A stretch of 63,260 nucleotides of DNA, the filler included, from Octopus bimaculoides (taxonomy: Eukaryota): the NCBI RefSeq assembly GCF_001194135.2. It is 11 parts of 11 records of this genome, joined end to end, with 100 filler letters (N's around TTAATTAATTAA, not from the genome) between each part and the next. Parts side by side here need not be neighbours in the genome. Positions count along the whole stretch, not along the records: positions 23,548 to 26,642 come from NC_068999.1; positions 26,743 to 37,608 come from NC_068982.1; positions 37,709 to 43,436 come from NW_026326642.1; 8 more parts are not named here. One strand, 5' to 3'. The notes under the pieces were generated by a model. It was not told the origin of the DNA and did not search any database. It saw nothing but the letters and a program-made list of their open reading frames with translations. A program made the translations under genes and the position numbers. Within the stretch, counting starts at the first letter, position 1, and every line of letters begins with the position of its first letter. Below, in pieces: positions 24,623-38,460 of the stretch.

Positions 24623-26010
24623 NNNNNNNNNNNNNNNNNNNNNNNNNNNNNNNNNNNNNNNNNNNNNNNNNNNNNNNNNNNNNNNNNNNNNNNNNTATAT
24701 AAATGTACGGAGAACACTGTTTTCTCTGGTAAAACTACAGAGCAGAGTGGGTTCAAAGCAAAGCACTTCTGTTCTGTCTCATCTCGAAACTTTTCACTCT
24801 CACCATTTCTCCTTCGTTCTCCCTTTCACTCACTACAAATATCTGTCACCCTCCCTATGTTCATTCATCCTCTTTCTTTTTTTTCTCTCTCTCTCTCCCC
24901 CTCTCTCACTCACTCTCTTAACCCCACAAACCCCTCCCAATTCTTCTAACTCTTGCATTTGGTTTGCTCTTCTGTTACATTTTCTCCTTCTTCACTACAC
25001 ATATGTCTATGACTACTCTCACTATATCACTCCCTCTCCTATCTATGATTATCATCGCCTCTTCATGTTTGTCTCACTAACCCACTCTCCCACTACATCC
25101 TCTGTCATGTGGATGAATATGTGTGTATGCGCACTTGTGTGTGTGTATGTGTGTGCGTAATACACGCGCACACATATTTTCTAGCTTGCACCAACACTCG
25201 CAGTCTCACACCTCTACTCTCGTTTTAGTTACTGTTTGATGCAGACGACAGGTGGGAGTTGGGTGGTGCAAATATGAAGGAGAGAGAGAGAGAGAGGAAC
25301 AATAGAACAGAGGCGAAAAAAAAAGAAGAGGGAGGGACAGGAATGTAAGAAGGATGAAATGTAAGCATACAAAGGAAAGAGAAGTATAAGGAAATTATAT
25401 TTAATGAGATATAAAACAGAGTATATGAATGTGAGTAGTCTATAGTAAATAAGAAGAGAAAGAAAAGTGAGGTAGAGACGAAGAAAATGACTGAAATACA
25501 GAGATAATGAACTTGAGAGAATGGATGCGAAGGAATCAGCAAGTATTATTGTATGTCTTTCTGTCCATGCTTCTTTAAATTCATCCTTCAAAGAAACAAC
25601 TTGGTTCTAACTATAAAACAAAGTTCCTTGATTAGAATATAGGTAGGTATCAACAATAACAGCATAGAGTTTTATACTGTAGCTTAAAAAGATCTTGCAG
25701 ATTTTTACTCTTCCGCTTATCGGCTGAATTTGTTGAATAAGGATTATGAGATGGTTTCTTTTGCTTGAAACTTTAAACTTCTCTTCAAGATAATTACTTA
25801 AGAGTTTGTGGTTCATTACTTGTGAAAACAATAGACTCGGAAACAGGAGGTGCAGTGGGTACAACGACAGTTCCTAAAAGTTTGGTGGGGCAATGAACAG
25901 GAAAATCTTCATCGCCAAATCGAACAAGCATAGAAACATTTTTGAACTGATTTGAAACTTTACTTTTCCATTATTACATTTACCTGATTTGATAAATTAC
26001 AAATATGATA

Positions 26011-26493
26011 ATAATCCTTTCTAATAAAGGTACAAGGCCTGAAATTTGGGGGGAGGGGACTAGTCGATTACATCGATCCCTGTATTTCACTGATACTTAA
26101 TCTATCGATTTCGAAAGGATGAAAAGCAAAATCGACCCTGGTGGAATTTGAACTCTGAACATAAAGTCAAGCGAAATGCCGCTAAGCATTTTTGCTCGGT
26201 GTGCTAACGATACTTCCACTTCGCCGCCCAGACAGATATAATAATAATTATTATTGTTATTATACACGCGTTTAAGGCGGCGAGTTGGCAGAATCGTTAG
26301 CACGCCGGGCAAAATGCTTAGCGGTATTTCGTCCGTCTTTACGTTCTGAGTTCAAATTCCGCCGAGGTCGACTTTGCCTTTCATCCTTTCAGGGTTCGAA
26401 GAAATAAGTACTAGTCAAGTCCTGGAGTTGGGGTAATCGACTATCTTCTTCCTCCAAAATTTCAGGCCTTGTGCCTACAGCAGAAACGATTAT
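26011..26493. mobile_element. Head-to-head inverted pair of SINE family A variants (GGCCTTGTGCC..GAAAGGATTAT tail). Other copies at about 11245-11402, 21585-21790, 29862-29990, 50985-51122, 57843-57965
   Basis: 26011-26228 (minus) and 26276-26493 (plus), with a 47-bp AT-rich spacer. Confidence 0.88.
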
Positions 26494-27360
26494 TAATCTT
26501 GTTTGTTTTCATATTAAGATTGGAAAAAAAAAAAATCGACCTTGTTTCTATTTTGGACCTAGGTTTGCATCCCTTAAGCATATTTCGTTCCTGCAATTAT
26601 GGTATATACGTAAATTCATATTCAAAGTAATGATTACTATAGNNNNNNNNNNNNNNNNNNNNNNNNNNNNNNNNNNNNNNNNNNNNTTAATTAATTAANN
26701 NNNNNNNNNNNNNNNNNNNNNNNNNNNNNNNNNNNNNNNNNNGGGATCTGTAGAAATTCCACAGAACTGAAAAGATTAAGAGAACCTATTTAAGAAAGAG
26801 ATGATTTGCATTTTTTATTTTAATTCTAATAAGCTACTTTCCTTCCAGTGACAATAATATATTAAATGATTTTATGATTTCCCTCTGCTAAGCACTTCAT
26901 ATTTCTCTTTTTATCTCTACCTCTTCTACAAACTTTTTAATCATGTACTTTCCCTCTTCTTGTTTTTAAACTTACTTTCTTTTCACCTCTCACTTCCACT
27001 AAGCACATGAGGGACAACATAATGCATCAGCTGGCTATCTGCTCTTTTACTCACTCTCACATCCCCACTTCTCTCTCTTTCTACCTTAATATTCCTCTCT
27101 AACAAACTGAGGTGGAAGGTGTGAACGAAGAGTTAGACGATTAATATTATAGATTTAGTACAATAAAAAATTAGAAAAAAACTTTGCACTATCCTTACAC
27201 CGCCGCCGTGGACACACCTACCACTACCACCATCACTATAGTTTTCAGGAACAAGCTCACTTCATTCAGTTATCTTCAACTGTTTGTTTATATACAATAT
27301 TTCTTGCAGTCGACGTATTTCTGTGACGATATAAACACAATTTATCTCTCTCTCTCCCCG

Positions 27361-27424
<64 letters not shown>

Positions 27425-27789
27425 GCATCTCTCTCTCCCTCTCTCTTAATGTAACTGTCTGTCATGTCCATCTGTCACTATTTAATCTTTTTTAATCTCA
27501 CCACTCAAACATCACCCTCTGCTATATATTATATCATAAACATATCGCTTTCTCTTTACCTTTCCCTCCCCTCTTTACAGCACCTTGTTAACACTTTTCT
27601 CTCCTATCTTTCTCTCACCGTCTTTTACTATCCTCTCGCTCTTCGCCACTCTCTTCAACTAACCACGTTATGCATTTCACTTTATTATACATCTTTCTCG
27701 TACTTCTTCGTCCCTTATTTCTTCTCTACTCACACTCTTCCCCTCTTCCTCTTTCATTTTTCTCCTACTCTCACTTTACTCTATCTCTC

Positions 27790-27975
27790 ATTGACTGCAC
27801 TTCCACTTCTCACGCATTTCACCTCCACCTCTCACTCACTGCACCTCTACCTCTCAATCATTGCACTTCCACCTCTCACTTACTGCACCTCCCCTTCTCA
27901 CACATTGCACCTCCACCTCTCACTCACTGCACCTGCACCTCTACTCACTGCACCACCACTTCTCCCTCACTCCAC
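27790..27975. repeat. Degenerate 22-bp pyrimidine-rich minisatellite
   Basis: About 8 copies of TGCACCTCCACCTCTCACTCAC. Confidence 0.8.
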
Positions 27976-30167
27976 CTACACCTCCCTAAGTAACTAAAGT
28001 ATGGCGGACGAATGAACAAGTAGAATATTATAAGGATTCATTGGCAAAATGTGTAATTTGAGTAGAAAAGACTTATTGAATTTTGTGTAAATATTTTACC
28101 TGTAATCGTGCTATCTAGGAAAATTCTCTAGTAATTGTTATCAACTTAGAAAGTATTGGAAACAAATGGGATGGTAACGACAGGAATAGCTTTCGCCATA
28201 GATTTCTTGGATGAACGATGTTGTGGAGTTAATCAGAAAGAACAACCCTAAATTTAGAAAAGTATATGTGAGATAGTTGTCTCACGGTTATCCAAGGTTA
28301 ATTGCAAGAAAAATTGCAAAAGAGTTGAAGCAAATCGAAACTTCATCCTAGAATTGATAATTTCTAGCTAAGTATTTAGTTTGAGGTCAACCGATATTCC
28401 AGCTCTAATATCTNNNNNNNNNNNNNNNNNNNNNNNNNNNNNNNNNNNNNNNNNNNNNNNNNNNNNNNNNNNNNNNNNNNNNNNNNNNNNNNNNNNNNNN
28501 NNNNNNNNNNNNNNNNNNNNNNNNNNNNNNNNNNNNNNNNNNNNNNNNNNNNNNNNNNNNNNNNNNNNNNNNNNNNNNNNNNNNNNNNNNNNNNNNNNNN
28601 NNNNNNNNNNNNNNNNNNNNNNTATATATATATATGGGAGAATATACGACAAAACAACAACAGACGAGGACAGGTGGTGTAAATAACAAAAGGATGTATT
28701 AGTATGACGCTCGGGAATATATATATAACAGTAAACGATTCTGTGTAATCACAGCGGAAAATTTATGATAGTTGATATATCTCTTGAATTTTGCCTTCAG
28801 AAGCCCAGGTTGCACAAGTTTAGGAAACGTAATTGTGACACACCCACCACATATTCATTTTTACGTATACATGCGCGTGCACCCCCTCACACGCACGCAC
28901 GCGCGCACACACACAGAGATAAATAAACACACTCATCTATCTTGCTTGTTTTCTCTTGTCTCTATAACTTTATGCATACTTACATGCACACACACACAAG
29001 TTTCCTTGCGCTTCAACGCCTCAAGAAAATACGTAAATCCATGTATGTACGTATGTATGTATGTATGTGTGTATGTATGTATGTATGTATGTATGTATGC
29101 ACGTATTTCTGCATATGTGAATTTATGTATAAATAGAGTTAGGAAGTCGCGCAAAGGAAAATATTGAAAATGTGCTAAGGTATTAAGTTGAATTATGATA
29201 TTGTGTGAAAGATAAATGATTTTGCTTTCCCGAAAGGAATAATGAAAAGAGACAATTTTTTTGCAGTCAATTAAACTAACTAGAACCTGTCATTTAATGC
29301 TATGTAGATCATCCCATAGTCTCTTTCCTTTTCTGCTTATAGAACATTATAACAAAGGTCAGCGAGGCAGAAAAAGGCCATCGAAGAATTAAATGTGTTA
29401 AGAAAGACCAGCAAATAGATGGAAAATAAGATAGCTGTATACAATAAATTATCATAATTCGTGTATATTGGAGTTTATATATCATTCAATTACACTGCTT
29501 ACTGTTTCATTAAATGCTTTAAATTGCACAGTGAAGAAGGATGATTTACTGCTACCTACTTATTTGACTTACGACATAAGTAACATAATATTTTATTAGA
29601 ATGATACAGGAACATAATACAATCCCCTATATTTATCGTTGTACAATATAAGTGTCATAATTTTTTTTTTTAAGGTATAGATTTATGATTTCCTTTGTTT
29701 AAGTACAATATTAATTGCAGCGATGAAGTGAGTGCATTTCAAAAGAATATCTCAGTATTCGTTATTTGGGAGCATATCAAGAATTTAATTCATGGATCAG
29801 CGAAAATCAATAATAGCCATACGTTGAGTTTAAGAAAGACATGCAATAATCAAATTTAATAATCCTTTCTGCTGTAGGCACAAGGCCCGTATTTTAGTGG
29901 GAGGGGTAGATCGATTATATCGACTCCAGTACTTAACTGGTACTTATTTAATTGATCGAGATAGGATTAATAGTAAAGTCGATATCGGCGCAAGTTGCGT
30001 TTTAATAGTGTTCGGATAATGGAATTCTTAGCTTCCGAAGATTATCATACTACTATGTTGTATAATCGGAATTAATATCTGTCCAGAAATATATATAGAT
30101 ACGTTTGTATATTCGCGTTTGACTAGGGTCTAACTTAAAATGCAAAGCACTACGTGCTACACACATA

Positions 30168-30228
<61 letters not shown>

Positions 30229-31130
30229 NNNNNNNNNNNNNNNNNNNNNNNNNNNNNNNNNNNNNNNNNNNNNNNNNNNNNNNNNNNNNNNNNNNNNNNN
30301 NNNNNNNNNNNNNNNNNNNNNNNNNNNNNNNNNNNNNNNNNNNNNNNNNNNNNNNNNNNNNNNNNNNNNNNNNNNNNNNNNNNNNNNNNNNNNNNNNNNN
30401 NNNNNNNNNNNNNNNNNNNNNNNNNNNNNNNNNNNNNNNNNNNNNNNNNNNNNNNNNNNNNNNNNNNNNNNNNNNNNNNNNNNNNNNNNNNNNNNNNNNN
30501 NNNNNNNNNNNNNNNNNNNNNNNNNNNNNNNNNNNNNNNNNNNNNNNNNNNNNNNNNNNNNNNNNNNNNNNNNNNNNNNNNNNNNNNNNNNNNNNNNNNN
30601 NNNNNNNNNNNNNNNNNNNNNNNNNNNNNNNNNNNNNNNNNNNNNNNNNNNNNNNNNNNNNNNNNNNNNNNNNNNNNNNNNNNNNNNNNNNNNNNNNNNN
30701 NNNNNNNNNNNNNNNNNNNNNNNNNNNNNNNNNNNNNNNNNNNNNNNNNNNNNNNNNNNNNNNNNNNNNNNNNNNNNNNNNNNNNNNNNNNNNNNNNNNN
30801 NNNNNNNNNNNNNNNNNNNNNNNNNNNNNNNNNNNNNNNNNNNNNNNNNNNNNNNNNNNNNNNNNNNNNNNNNNNNNNNNNNNNNNNNNNNNNNNNNNNN
30901 NNNNNNNNNNNNNNNNNNNNNNNNNNNNNNNNNNNNNNNNNNNNNNNNNNNNNNNNNNNNNNNNNNNNNNNNNNNNNNNNNNNNNNNNNNNNNNNNNNNN
31001 NNNNNNNNNNNNNNNNNNNNNNNNNNNNNNNNNNNNNNNNNNNNNNNNNNNNNNNNNNNNNNNNNNNNNNNNNNNNNNNNNNNNNNNNNNNNNNNNNNNN
31101 NNNNNNNNNNNNNNNNNNNNNNNNNNNNNN

Positions 31131-31173
<43 letters not shown>

Positions 31174-32270
31174 GTGTTTGTGTCTGTGTTTGTCCCCCAC
31201 CACCGCTTGACGCCCAGTGTTGCTGCGTAGCTTGCAAAATTTAGCGATCCAGCGAAAGACACCAATGGAATAAGTGCCTGGCTTAAATAAAAATGTATTT
31301 TGAAAAATAAGCAAAGGTGACGATTTGCTTAACTAAAATTGTTTAAGGCTTGCTCCAGCATGACTGCAGTCTAATGACTAAAAAGATTAAGAGATAAAAG
31401 TTATAAACAATTTACAGGGTGCGACAGTTATTTGAAGTCGTATCTAATAAGCAATCTCTATCCTAGTAAAAGAAAAAAAAATTTCAGCATGTCGATAAAC
31501 TTCTATCTATCAACTTCGATAAATGCATCAATGAGGAATCGGAATCACTGATATTCCTGTAAAAAAATGATCTTTTGTCCTTTAAATCGTTAGCTGGACA
31601 ATGGCGTTATTCAGTCAAGCTATTGTATTACAAGTGTGCCGAATAGTCGCCCTTCAAACAATTATTCACAAGTAACAGAAGAATTGATTTAAAGCTGGCG
31701 TGGTTGCAGTCTAGGTATTTGATATTACATAATTATAAAAATTGTCTGACACCCAGTCTCGTTGCACGTGAACTTTATGAATAGGTGAGGAGTCTTGTTT
31801 AAGCACGTGATCTTCTGCTGCATACTCCATTCATCCAGAGTGTAACAACTATTTCGGTCACCTCCATGCATCCAGCAGCATTAATCCTAAGATTTTCGTT
31901 ACTCGCCACTTCTAAAACCATTGCAATTTCTGGAAAATATGTCAGTGTAGCACTGGGAACACCAGGTGTATCTGAATGTAACTATCTGACTTTTCCTAAC
32001 ATAGGAAGATTTTCGCATCAGAGAAGACCGAAATGAATCCCAATCCATGAGTATTTTTACGGTTTCAAATGGTTTTCTATATGTCGCTGGGAACATGAAT
32101 TGGCCTCTCTTCAGTATATGCGACTTGTATCGAACGTCCGCGTTTAAGAACCTTCTGAAAATCCACATTCACACATGAAATTTTCTGGATAGGAGCATTC
32201 GAGATAATCGTCGATAATGTTTTGAAAACGTTGGATGGGATGCTGTGCTCTTATATTGTCCGGATGTTTA

Positions 32271-32307
<37 letters not shown>

Positions 32308-34600
32308 CACCTAAGGGATATTAATTACCTGAAGATATATGATGAGTGTGTGCGTGTGTATATATAAGTATATATCAATACCTGTATACATAAACCGGTT
32401 ATAGAACTAAATAGTTATAGATTTAGAGTTATGAATTTACAAAATTTCGGTTAGATTATTTATCTAGTAATGATAAAGTTCGTTCATATAGTGTCTTTGT
32501 AAAAATTAACAAATTATAAATATTTTTCGTGCAATAGTTAAGAAAGTATGTTAATCTGATGAAGCATCATTACATATTTAAACGGATCTGATTATTCTTG
32601 AAAAACTTCGTGTCAGTAATGAAGCGGAAACAGNNNNNNNNNNNNNNNNNNNNNNNNNNNNNNNNNNNNNNNNNNNNNNNNNNNNNNNNNNNNNNNNNNN
32701 NNNNNNNNNNNNNNNNNNNNNNNNNNNNNNNNNNNNNNNNNNNNNNNNNNNNNNNNNNNNNNNNNNNNNNNNNNNNNNNNNNNNNNNNNNNNNNNNNNNN
32801 NNNNNNNNNNNNNNNNNNNNNNNNNNNNNNNNNNNNNNNNNNNNNNNNNNNNNNNNNNNNNNNNNNNNNNNNNNNNNNNNNNNNNNNNNNNNNNNNNNNN
32901 NNNNNNNNNNNNNNNNNNNNNNNNNNNNNNNNNNNNNNNNNNNNNNNNNNNNNNNNNNNNNNNNNNNNNNNNNNNNNNNNNNNNNNNNNNNNNNNNNNNN
33001 NNNNNNNNNNNNNNNNNNNNNNNNNNNNNNNNNNNNNNNNNNNNNNNNNNNNNNNNNNNNNNNNNNNNNNNNNNNNNNNNNNNNNNNNNNNNNNNNNNNN
33101 NNNNNNNNNNNNNNNNNNNNNNNNNNNNNNNNNNNNNNNNNNNNNNNNNNNNNNNNNNNNNNNNNNNNNNNNNNNNNNNNNNNNNNNNNNNNNNNNNNNN
33201 NNNNNNNNNNNNNNNNNNNNNNNNNNNNNNNNNNNNNNNNNNNNNNNNNNNNNNNNNNNNNNNNNNNNNNNNNNNATATATATATATATATATATATACA
33301 TATAGATATAGATACATATCGTTATATAATTATAGATATGTACATACATATATACGCACACAGAGGAACATACACACACATGCACATAAGCATACACACT
33401 CGCACACATATGTTACTAGATAAGTATAGATATATGCCTAGATGAATTTATGTAGTTGATAATTGAGACTAAGAAAAAGATGTTAGTATTGGCTTACATT
33501 TCATCGAGGATTAATAAAATTTATACATCACATATATTTCACAATTAACATATTGCACATTTTCTGATCATTAGGACCTGTACACCATCCGATATACATC
33601 AGGGGTAAATTATTGATTATGTAGTACATCTTTAAATGGGTACATAGTATGTTTCATCTTGAATCATTCAGTGATAATCACTCAATGTCTTAGTAAGTTC
33701 CAATTAAATCAGGTAACATTATCATCAATTATATTCATTTAAAGCTGTCTGAAATCCGTACACCATCTTAATTGAAATAGAGCTTCTTATTCTGAATATA
33801 CTATGTTATACATGCACCAACGTAAACTATTCTAGAGTTTATACTATACTAGTAACGCTATATAAAATATAGATAATATTTCTTAAGACATATAATAAAT
33901 AGGTTTTACAATATATTATCAAAAATAAAAGCGTATATTATTCCGTAAATACTATTTTCGCAATTTTTATGTAAGTAATTTGAACATAACTTATTTAAGC
34001 CAACACCTTATACCAAATACTTTCCATATTAAGAACGGCTTGATACAAGGATCGAAGTGATATCTACATTTACTTTAGTTATAGAACAAACTTCACATTT
34101 ACTCAGTGTTGGACAAAAGCAAGCTGTTGCCTTTTTCAACGTTTCTGTATGTATCAAACGACTCAGCATTTGTGCACTATTCTTATCTGCGGGAAATAGC
34201 AAATAGGTCTCATTTAAATCTTACGCGACTTAGAAAGCGAAAGGGAACGTGTGAAACGTTTATGGTTAAAGCATTGTTAATGCATATATCTGGTTAATTG
34301 ACCGAAACTGGGATATAATTAACAAATTCATACTAGACAATTTCAGTGATTTGTTTGAAACTTTGATGATTTACTAAAAGCGTAACACGTCCAAGTCTCA
34401 AGACTCAATATAAATTTATAAGCAGAAGATGGCTGACTAGAATGTTTTAACCATTTTAGCATTGAAATTTATATAGGTGGATTTCTGAGCGGACAATTGT
34501 AAGAGTCAGCCAAATACAAGGGCAATATCGGTTCATCTGTCATGTGTGGCATCTTCACAGGCATTATATCGTGAATGTTACAGTATTACTCGCAGCATCT

Positions 34601-34929
34601 TAATTACCTCCGCCTTAGCGAAGGCGGTATTACTGTTTTCCGTTGTGTTTGTGTTTTTCTTTGTCTGTGGACAAGATATCGCAAGAAACGCTGGATGGAT
34701 TCGGATGTTTGGCCTCATGACTGGTACAAACTGATTAGATTTATGCATTATTGTTTCTGTGTTTTTACTTAATTTTTGAGACCGGACGGGTTCATTTTTA
34801 GTATTCTCGTTTATGACAGCAGACGAATTTATTTCAGATATTCTCATTTTAGGAATCATCTATGGCTAATCGTTGAGAGGACGTTGGTGTTGCCTTGGTG
34901 GATGTTTGCGCTCTGCGAGTGCTCTAGTT
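34601..34929 (+). mobile_element. Helentron/DINE-1-like non-autonomous rolling-circle element
   Basis: 5' subterminal CCTCCGCC within hairpin CCGCCTT-AGCG-AAGGCGG, degenerate inverted partner CCTTGGTGGATG, 3' hairpin GCGCTC-TGC-GAGTGC, end CTAGTT. Confidence 0.6.
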
Positions 34930-35830
34930 CTTGTTGTATTCTAGTACTCTAGTTCTTATTGTATTAAAAAGAAAGAACATTGAACAAGAGACAACACTGC
35001 GATACACTGACGTTTGAATAGCTGAGTCAAATGTCGCATTTTTTACTATTTAAAATGTATTATTTGTTTATAGTGTGGGTAATTTCATTGAAAAAAATTA
35101 GATGAGAATATCAAACTTACCACTTTCATTGATATGAACATTTTCATTTGGTATCAGTAGATTTGATACACTAATAGGAATTTGGTGGATTTGAAACCAC
35201 AGTAAACTTCATTCACAGAATACACCACGTAGTAATATAGAACCTGATAATCTATGTGCACACGGCAGTAATACACTCAGTTAACATGATTCTGTTCATT
35301 CGAACTCTCAAGTTACATGGTCTTGGATGGAGGCAATAAAGTCAATAATATCCCATACGTTACACACTTCTCCGGGAGTGAAAAGCGAATATATTGATTT
35401 TTAAAACAAAAGCAGTAACCAAATCTACACAAATTACAACAAAAAGGCATCTGTTAAAGCAGGAATAATTCAATCCGTACGTACTTATACTACTGCAGCT
35501 TTCTGTTTTTAGTCCCAGAAAGTTAAGCGATAAAACCAGGAATGATTTACTTAAAGTTAAACTACGTAAATTTTATTGGTTTTAAATTCTTAACTACTGT
35601 AAATTACTGTAAAAATGGTGTAAGCTTATCTACAGGAACAATTAAATACAAAAGAAAATGTATTTATCTGTCTGTATTGATATTCAAGTAGGTTACTCTT
35701 TGACATTAATAAGGTGTGAAATCCTTCAGTTTTGATTATCCTCATTTAAATACGATTTGAAAAGCCGTGTACATGTCATCAGCAATCAGTATGAAGTCAC
35801 GCTTAACAAGAATTCTCGTTTTATACTTAC

Positions 35831-36005
35831 ATGTAGTAAACATAGATTTCGAAAATAAAAAGAAATACAATAAAAGACAAGGATCGAAAACTTTCATGAA
35901 GCCAAACCCTATCAACGATAAACCAGAATACGACCAACAGTAAAGGTGGTATTTGGGGGGAGCGGGAGGAATATATATGGAGTTATATGACCCAGAGAGA
36001 CAATA
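35831..36005 (-). CDS. Candidate 175-nt exon, hydrophobic
   Basis: Long polypyrimidine acceptor ending TATTTCAG, donor GTAAGT. 58 open codons: YCLSGSY...GLSLIGFGFMKVFDPCLLLYFFLFSKSMFTT. Confidence 0.3.
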
Positions 36006-36094
36006 CTGAAATAAGTGATACAATACAGAAAAAAATGAGCAGAGAAAGTTTTTCACATAAAGATACACATATGCATAGACTCATATATATAAAG

Positions 36095-36445
36095 TCTTTT
36101 ATTCTCTTATTTGTTTCAGTCATTTGACTGGGGTCATACTGACGGATTTTCGTCGGACAAATCGACACCCAGGACTTATTTTTACGCATAGTACTTTCTC
36201 AATCAGTTTTTTGCCGAACCGACAGGTTACAAGGGGGTAACCAATAATGGAAAGACAATCATACGCACACACACATGTATACATAAATCGGGCTTCTTTC
36301 AGTTTCCCCCTAACAAATCCACTCGCAATGCATTGGTCGACCTGAGGCTACAGTATAAGACACTTGTTCAAGGTGCAACGCAGTCAGACTGAAGCCGAAA
36401 CCATGTGGTTGGGAAGCAAGGTTCCTACCACAGAAACACGCCTAC
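36095..36445 (-). mobile_element. Diverged SINE family B copy. Further fragments at about 7612-7718, 8735-8882, 17599-17641, 19720-19870, 31170-31380, 36793-36945
   Basis: Shared TTTCAGTTTCC..CAAATCCACTC and TTGTTTCAGTCATTTGACTG blocks. Confidence 0.75.
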
Positions 36446-36469
36446 ACCTACATATGTGTATGTTATTTT

Positions 36470-36696
36470 TTTACTACCCGCAAGGGAATACACACAGAGG
36501 GGACAAACAAGGACAGACAAACGGATTAAGTCGATTACATCGACCCCAGTGCGTAACTGGTACTTATTTAATCGACCCCGAAAGGATGAAAGGCAAAGTC
36601 GACCTCGGCGGAATTTGAACTCAGAACGTAGCGGCAGACGAAATACCTCTAAGCATTTCGCCCGGCGTGCTGACGTTTCAGCCAGCTCGCCGCCTT
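36470..36696 (-). mobile_element. SINE family A monomer
   Basis: Reverse complement of one unit of 48895-49127. Confidence 0.88.
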
Positions 36697-36950
36697 ATAT
36701 ATGTGTGTGTGTGTGTACGTGCATATATATATATGTGTGTGTGTGCGAGAGAGATAGTGTATACATGCATGCGCACATACATATATACATATATTCTTTT
36801 ATTGTTTTATTTGTTTCAATCATTTGACTGCTGCCATGCTGGAGCACCGCTTCACAAGGTTTCAATCAAAGAAATCCACGCCAGGACTTGTTATTTAGAA
36901 GCCAAATATTTATTCTATCGGTTACTTTTGCCGAACCGGAATTTGCTAAG

Positions 36951-36990
<40 letters not shown>

Positions 36991-36995
<5 letters not shown>

Positions 36996-37066
36996 TTACT
37001 GCCTGGAATTGAACTCGGAATCTTGGGGTTAGTAGGCCGCACTCTTAACCACTACGCCATATGCCC
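36991..37066 (-). mobile_element. tRNA-like head followed by (AAT)n; same sequence at 42780-42841
   Basis: GGGCATATGGCGTAGTGGTTAAGAG...GAGTTCAATTCC carries A and B boxes but lacks a complete acceptor stem, so it is not a tRNA gene. Confidence 0.7.
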
Positions 37067-37543
37067 GTGGGACAAATGTCCTTATTGAAATAGATAGATG
37101 CACATATATACATATACATACATATTATAAATTGGTGCAATGCAAATGCTCGTGGTAAAAATGTTCAATAGGCCTGTAGCATAGACACGGCTTGTATGCA
37201 AAATACAGGTGTCGGCGATAATCAATCAACGAAGTTTATTATTCGATGTATCCAATATAATTGTTCCCATGTCAAAATCAGGTGGACTTCCTCTACACTA
37301 CTCCAGCATATAGTAACAAATGTTGCTTATCGATTGAAATTGAGTAATAAGTAGCTATACATGTAATACCTAATTACATGTTCTATGCTTTTCATTGACA
37401 AAATTTGCATGCATGTATGTCATTACATATATGAATATGAATGAAGGAATCTGTGTATATGTACGCGTATATGTGTATATACGTTTATTTGTATATATGT
37501 ATGTATATATATATGTATATGTATGAATATGTGAATATATGCA

Positions 37544-37608
<65 letters not shown>

Positions 37609-38319
37609 NNNNNNNNNNNNNNNNNNNNNNNNNNNNNNNNNNNNNNNNNNNNTTAATTAATTAANNNNNNNNNNNNNNNNNNNNNNNNNNNNNNNNNNNN
37701 NNNNNNNNCTTATTTGAAACACATTGAACCTGAAAATGCATAAACTTGAGAAGAACCAACCTGCAGGCACTCCTCTCCATGCAAAATACATTTAAATGAG
37801 CATTCATTATAACGGCATTCCCACATGCATTCCTTTCAAGTTATTTCGATGTTACACTCGCTTGCACTAAGCCTTATTGCACGCAAATGGAGAAAACGTT
37901 CACTGCGTATATATCTATCGCTGTACGCTAGCGTCTAACAGCTTTGGCTTTTTAATGCACAAAAAATTGAAATTATTATTTTTTTCTGTGCCTCTGATTA
38001 AAATTTTCGAAAAACAAAACCAGCCACATTACTTGGAAAAAAATAATCTTTATTGTGCTGGTTTTTCGTAAAATTTCGCGCATGGGAAAGGCAACAAAAT
38101 CTCCCCTCCCCACTTTGAATGGGATATTTCTATCTTAAAAAGTAATAATCGATTATCTCGGTAACCATGGCAGTTGGAGGGCAATAAAAATCTCCTGAAC
38201 ATGAGCGGACCATGTTGCCAGTCTGTGCTGAATTTCACGCGATTCCACTGCACCGTTCTCGAGTGAATCTGCCGACACTCACTCAATCAATCAATCAAGC
38301 AAGCAATCAAGAACACTGC

Positions 38320-38460
38320 AATTTATAGTATAGATCAGGTTGGTCTCGTCCCCATACTTAAAAAGCTCGTACGTTTCCATAGAGCACAGATCACATCCGT
38401 ATCGACTATCTCTATAAGGCTTCACTTTCCGTATTATATCCCTTTTTATCGCTATATAAA
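38320..38460 (-). mobile_element. PLE GIY-YIG C-terminal fragment from a third PLE family
   Basis: [27 protein letters not shown] resembles the PY...C-x-LC-xx-EK/T motif that ends many PLE endonucleases. Confidence 0.55.

Noticed and set aside
30053-31314. Very long ORFs (350-390 aa); likewise at 11518-13019, 32570-33409, 40059-40790, 53841-54758
   Set aside because: They are open only because they run through N gaps and dinucleotide repeats.
35320-35385. VWDIIDFIASI resembling an ion-channel S3 helix
   Set aside because: About 30 codons bounded by stops, with no credible acceptor.
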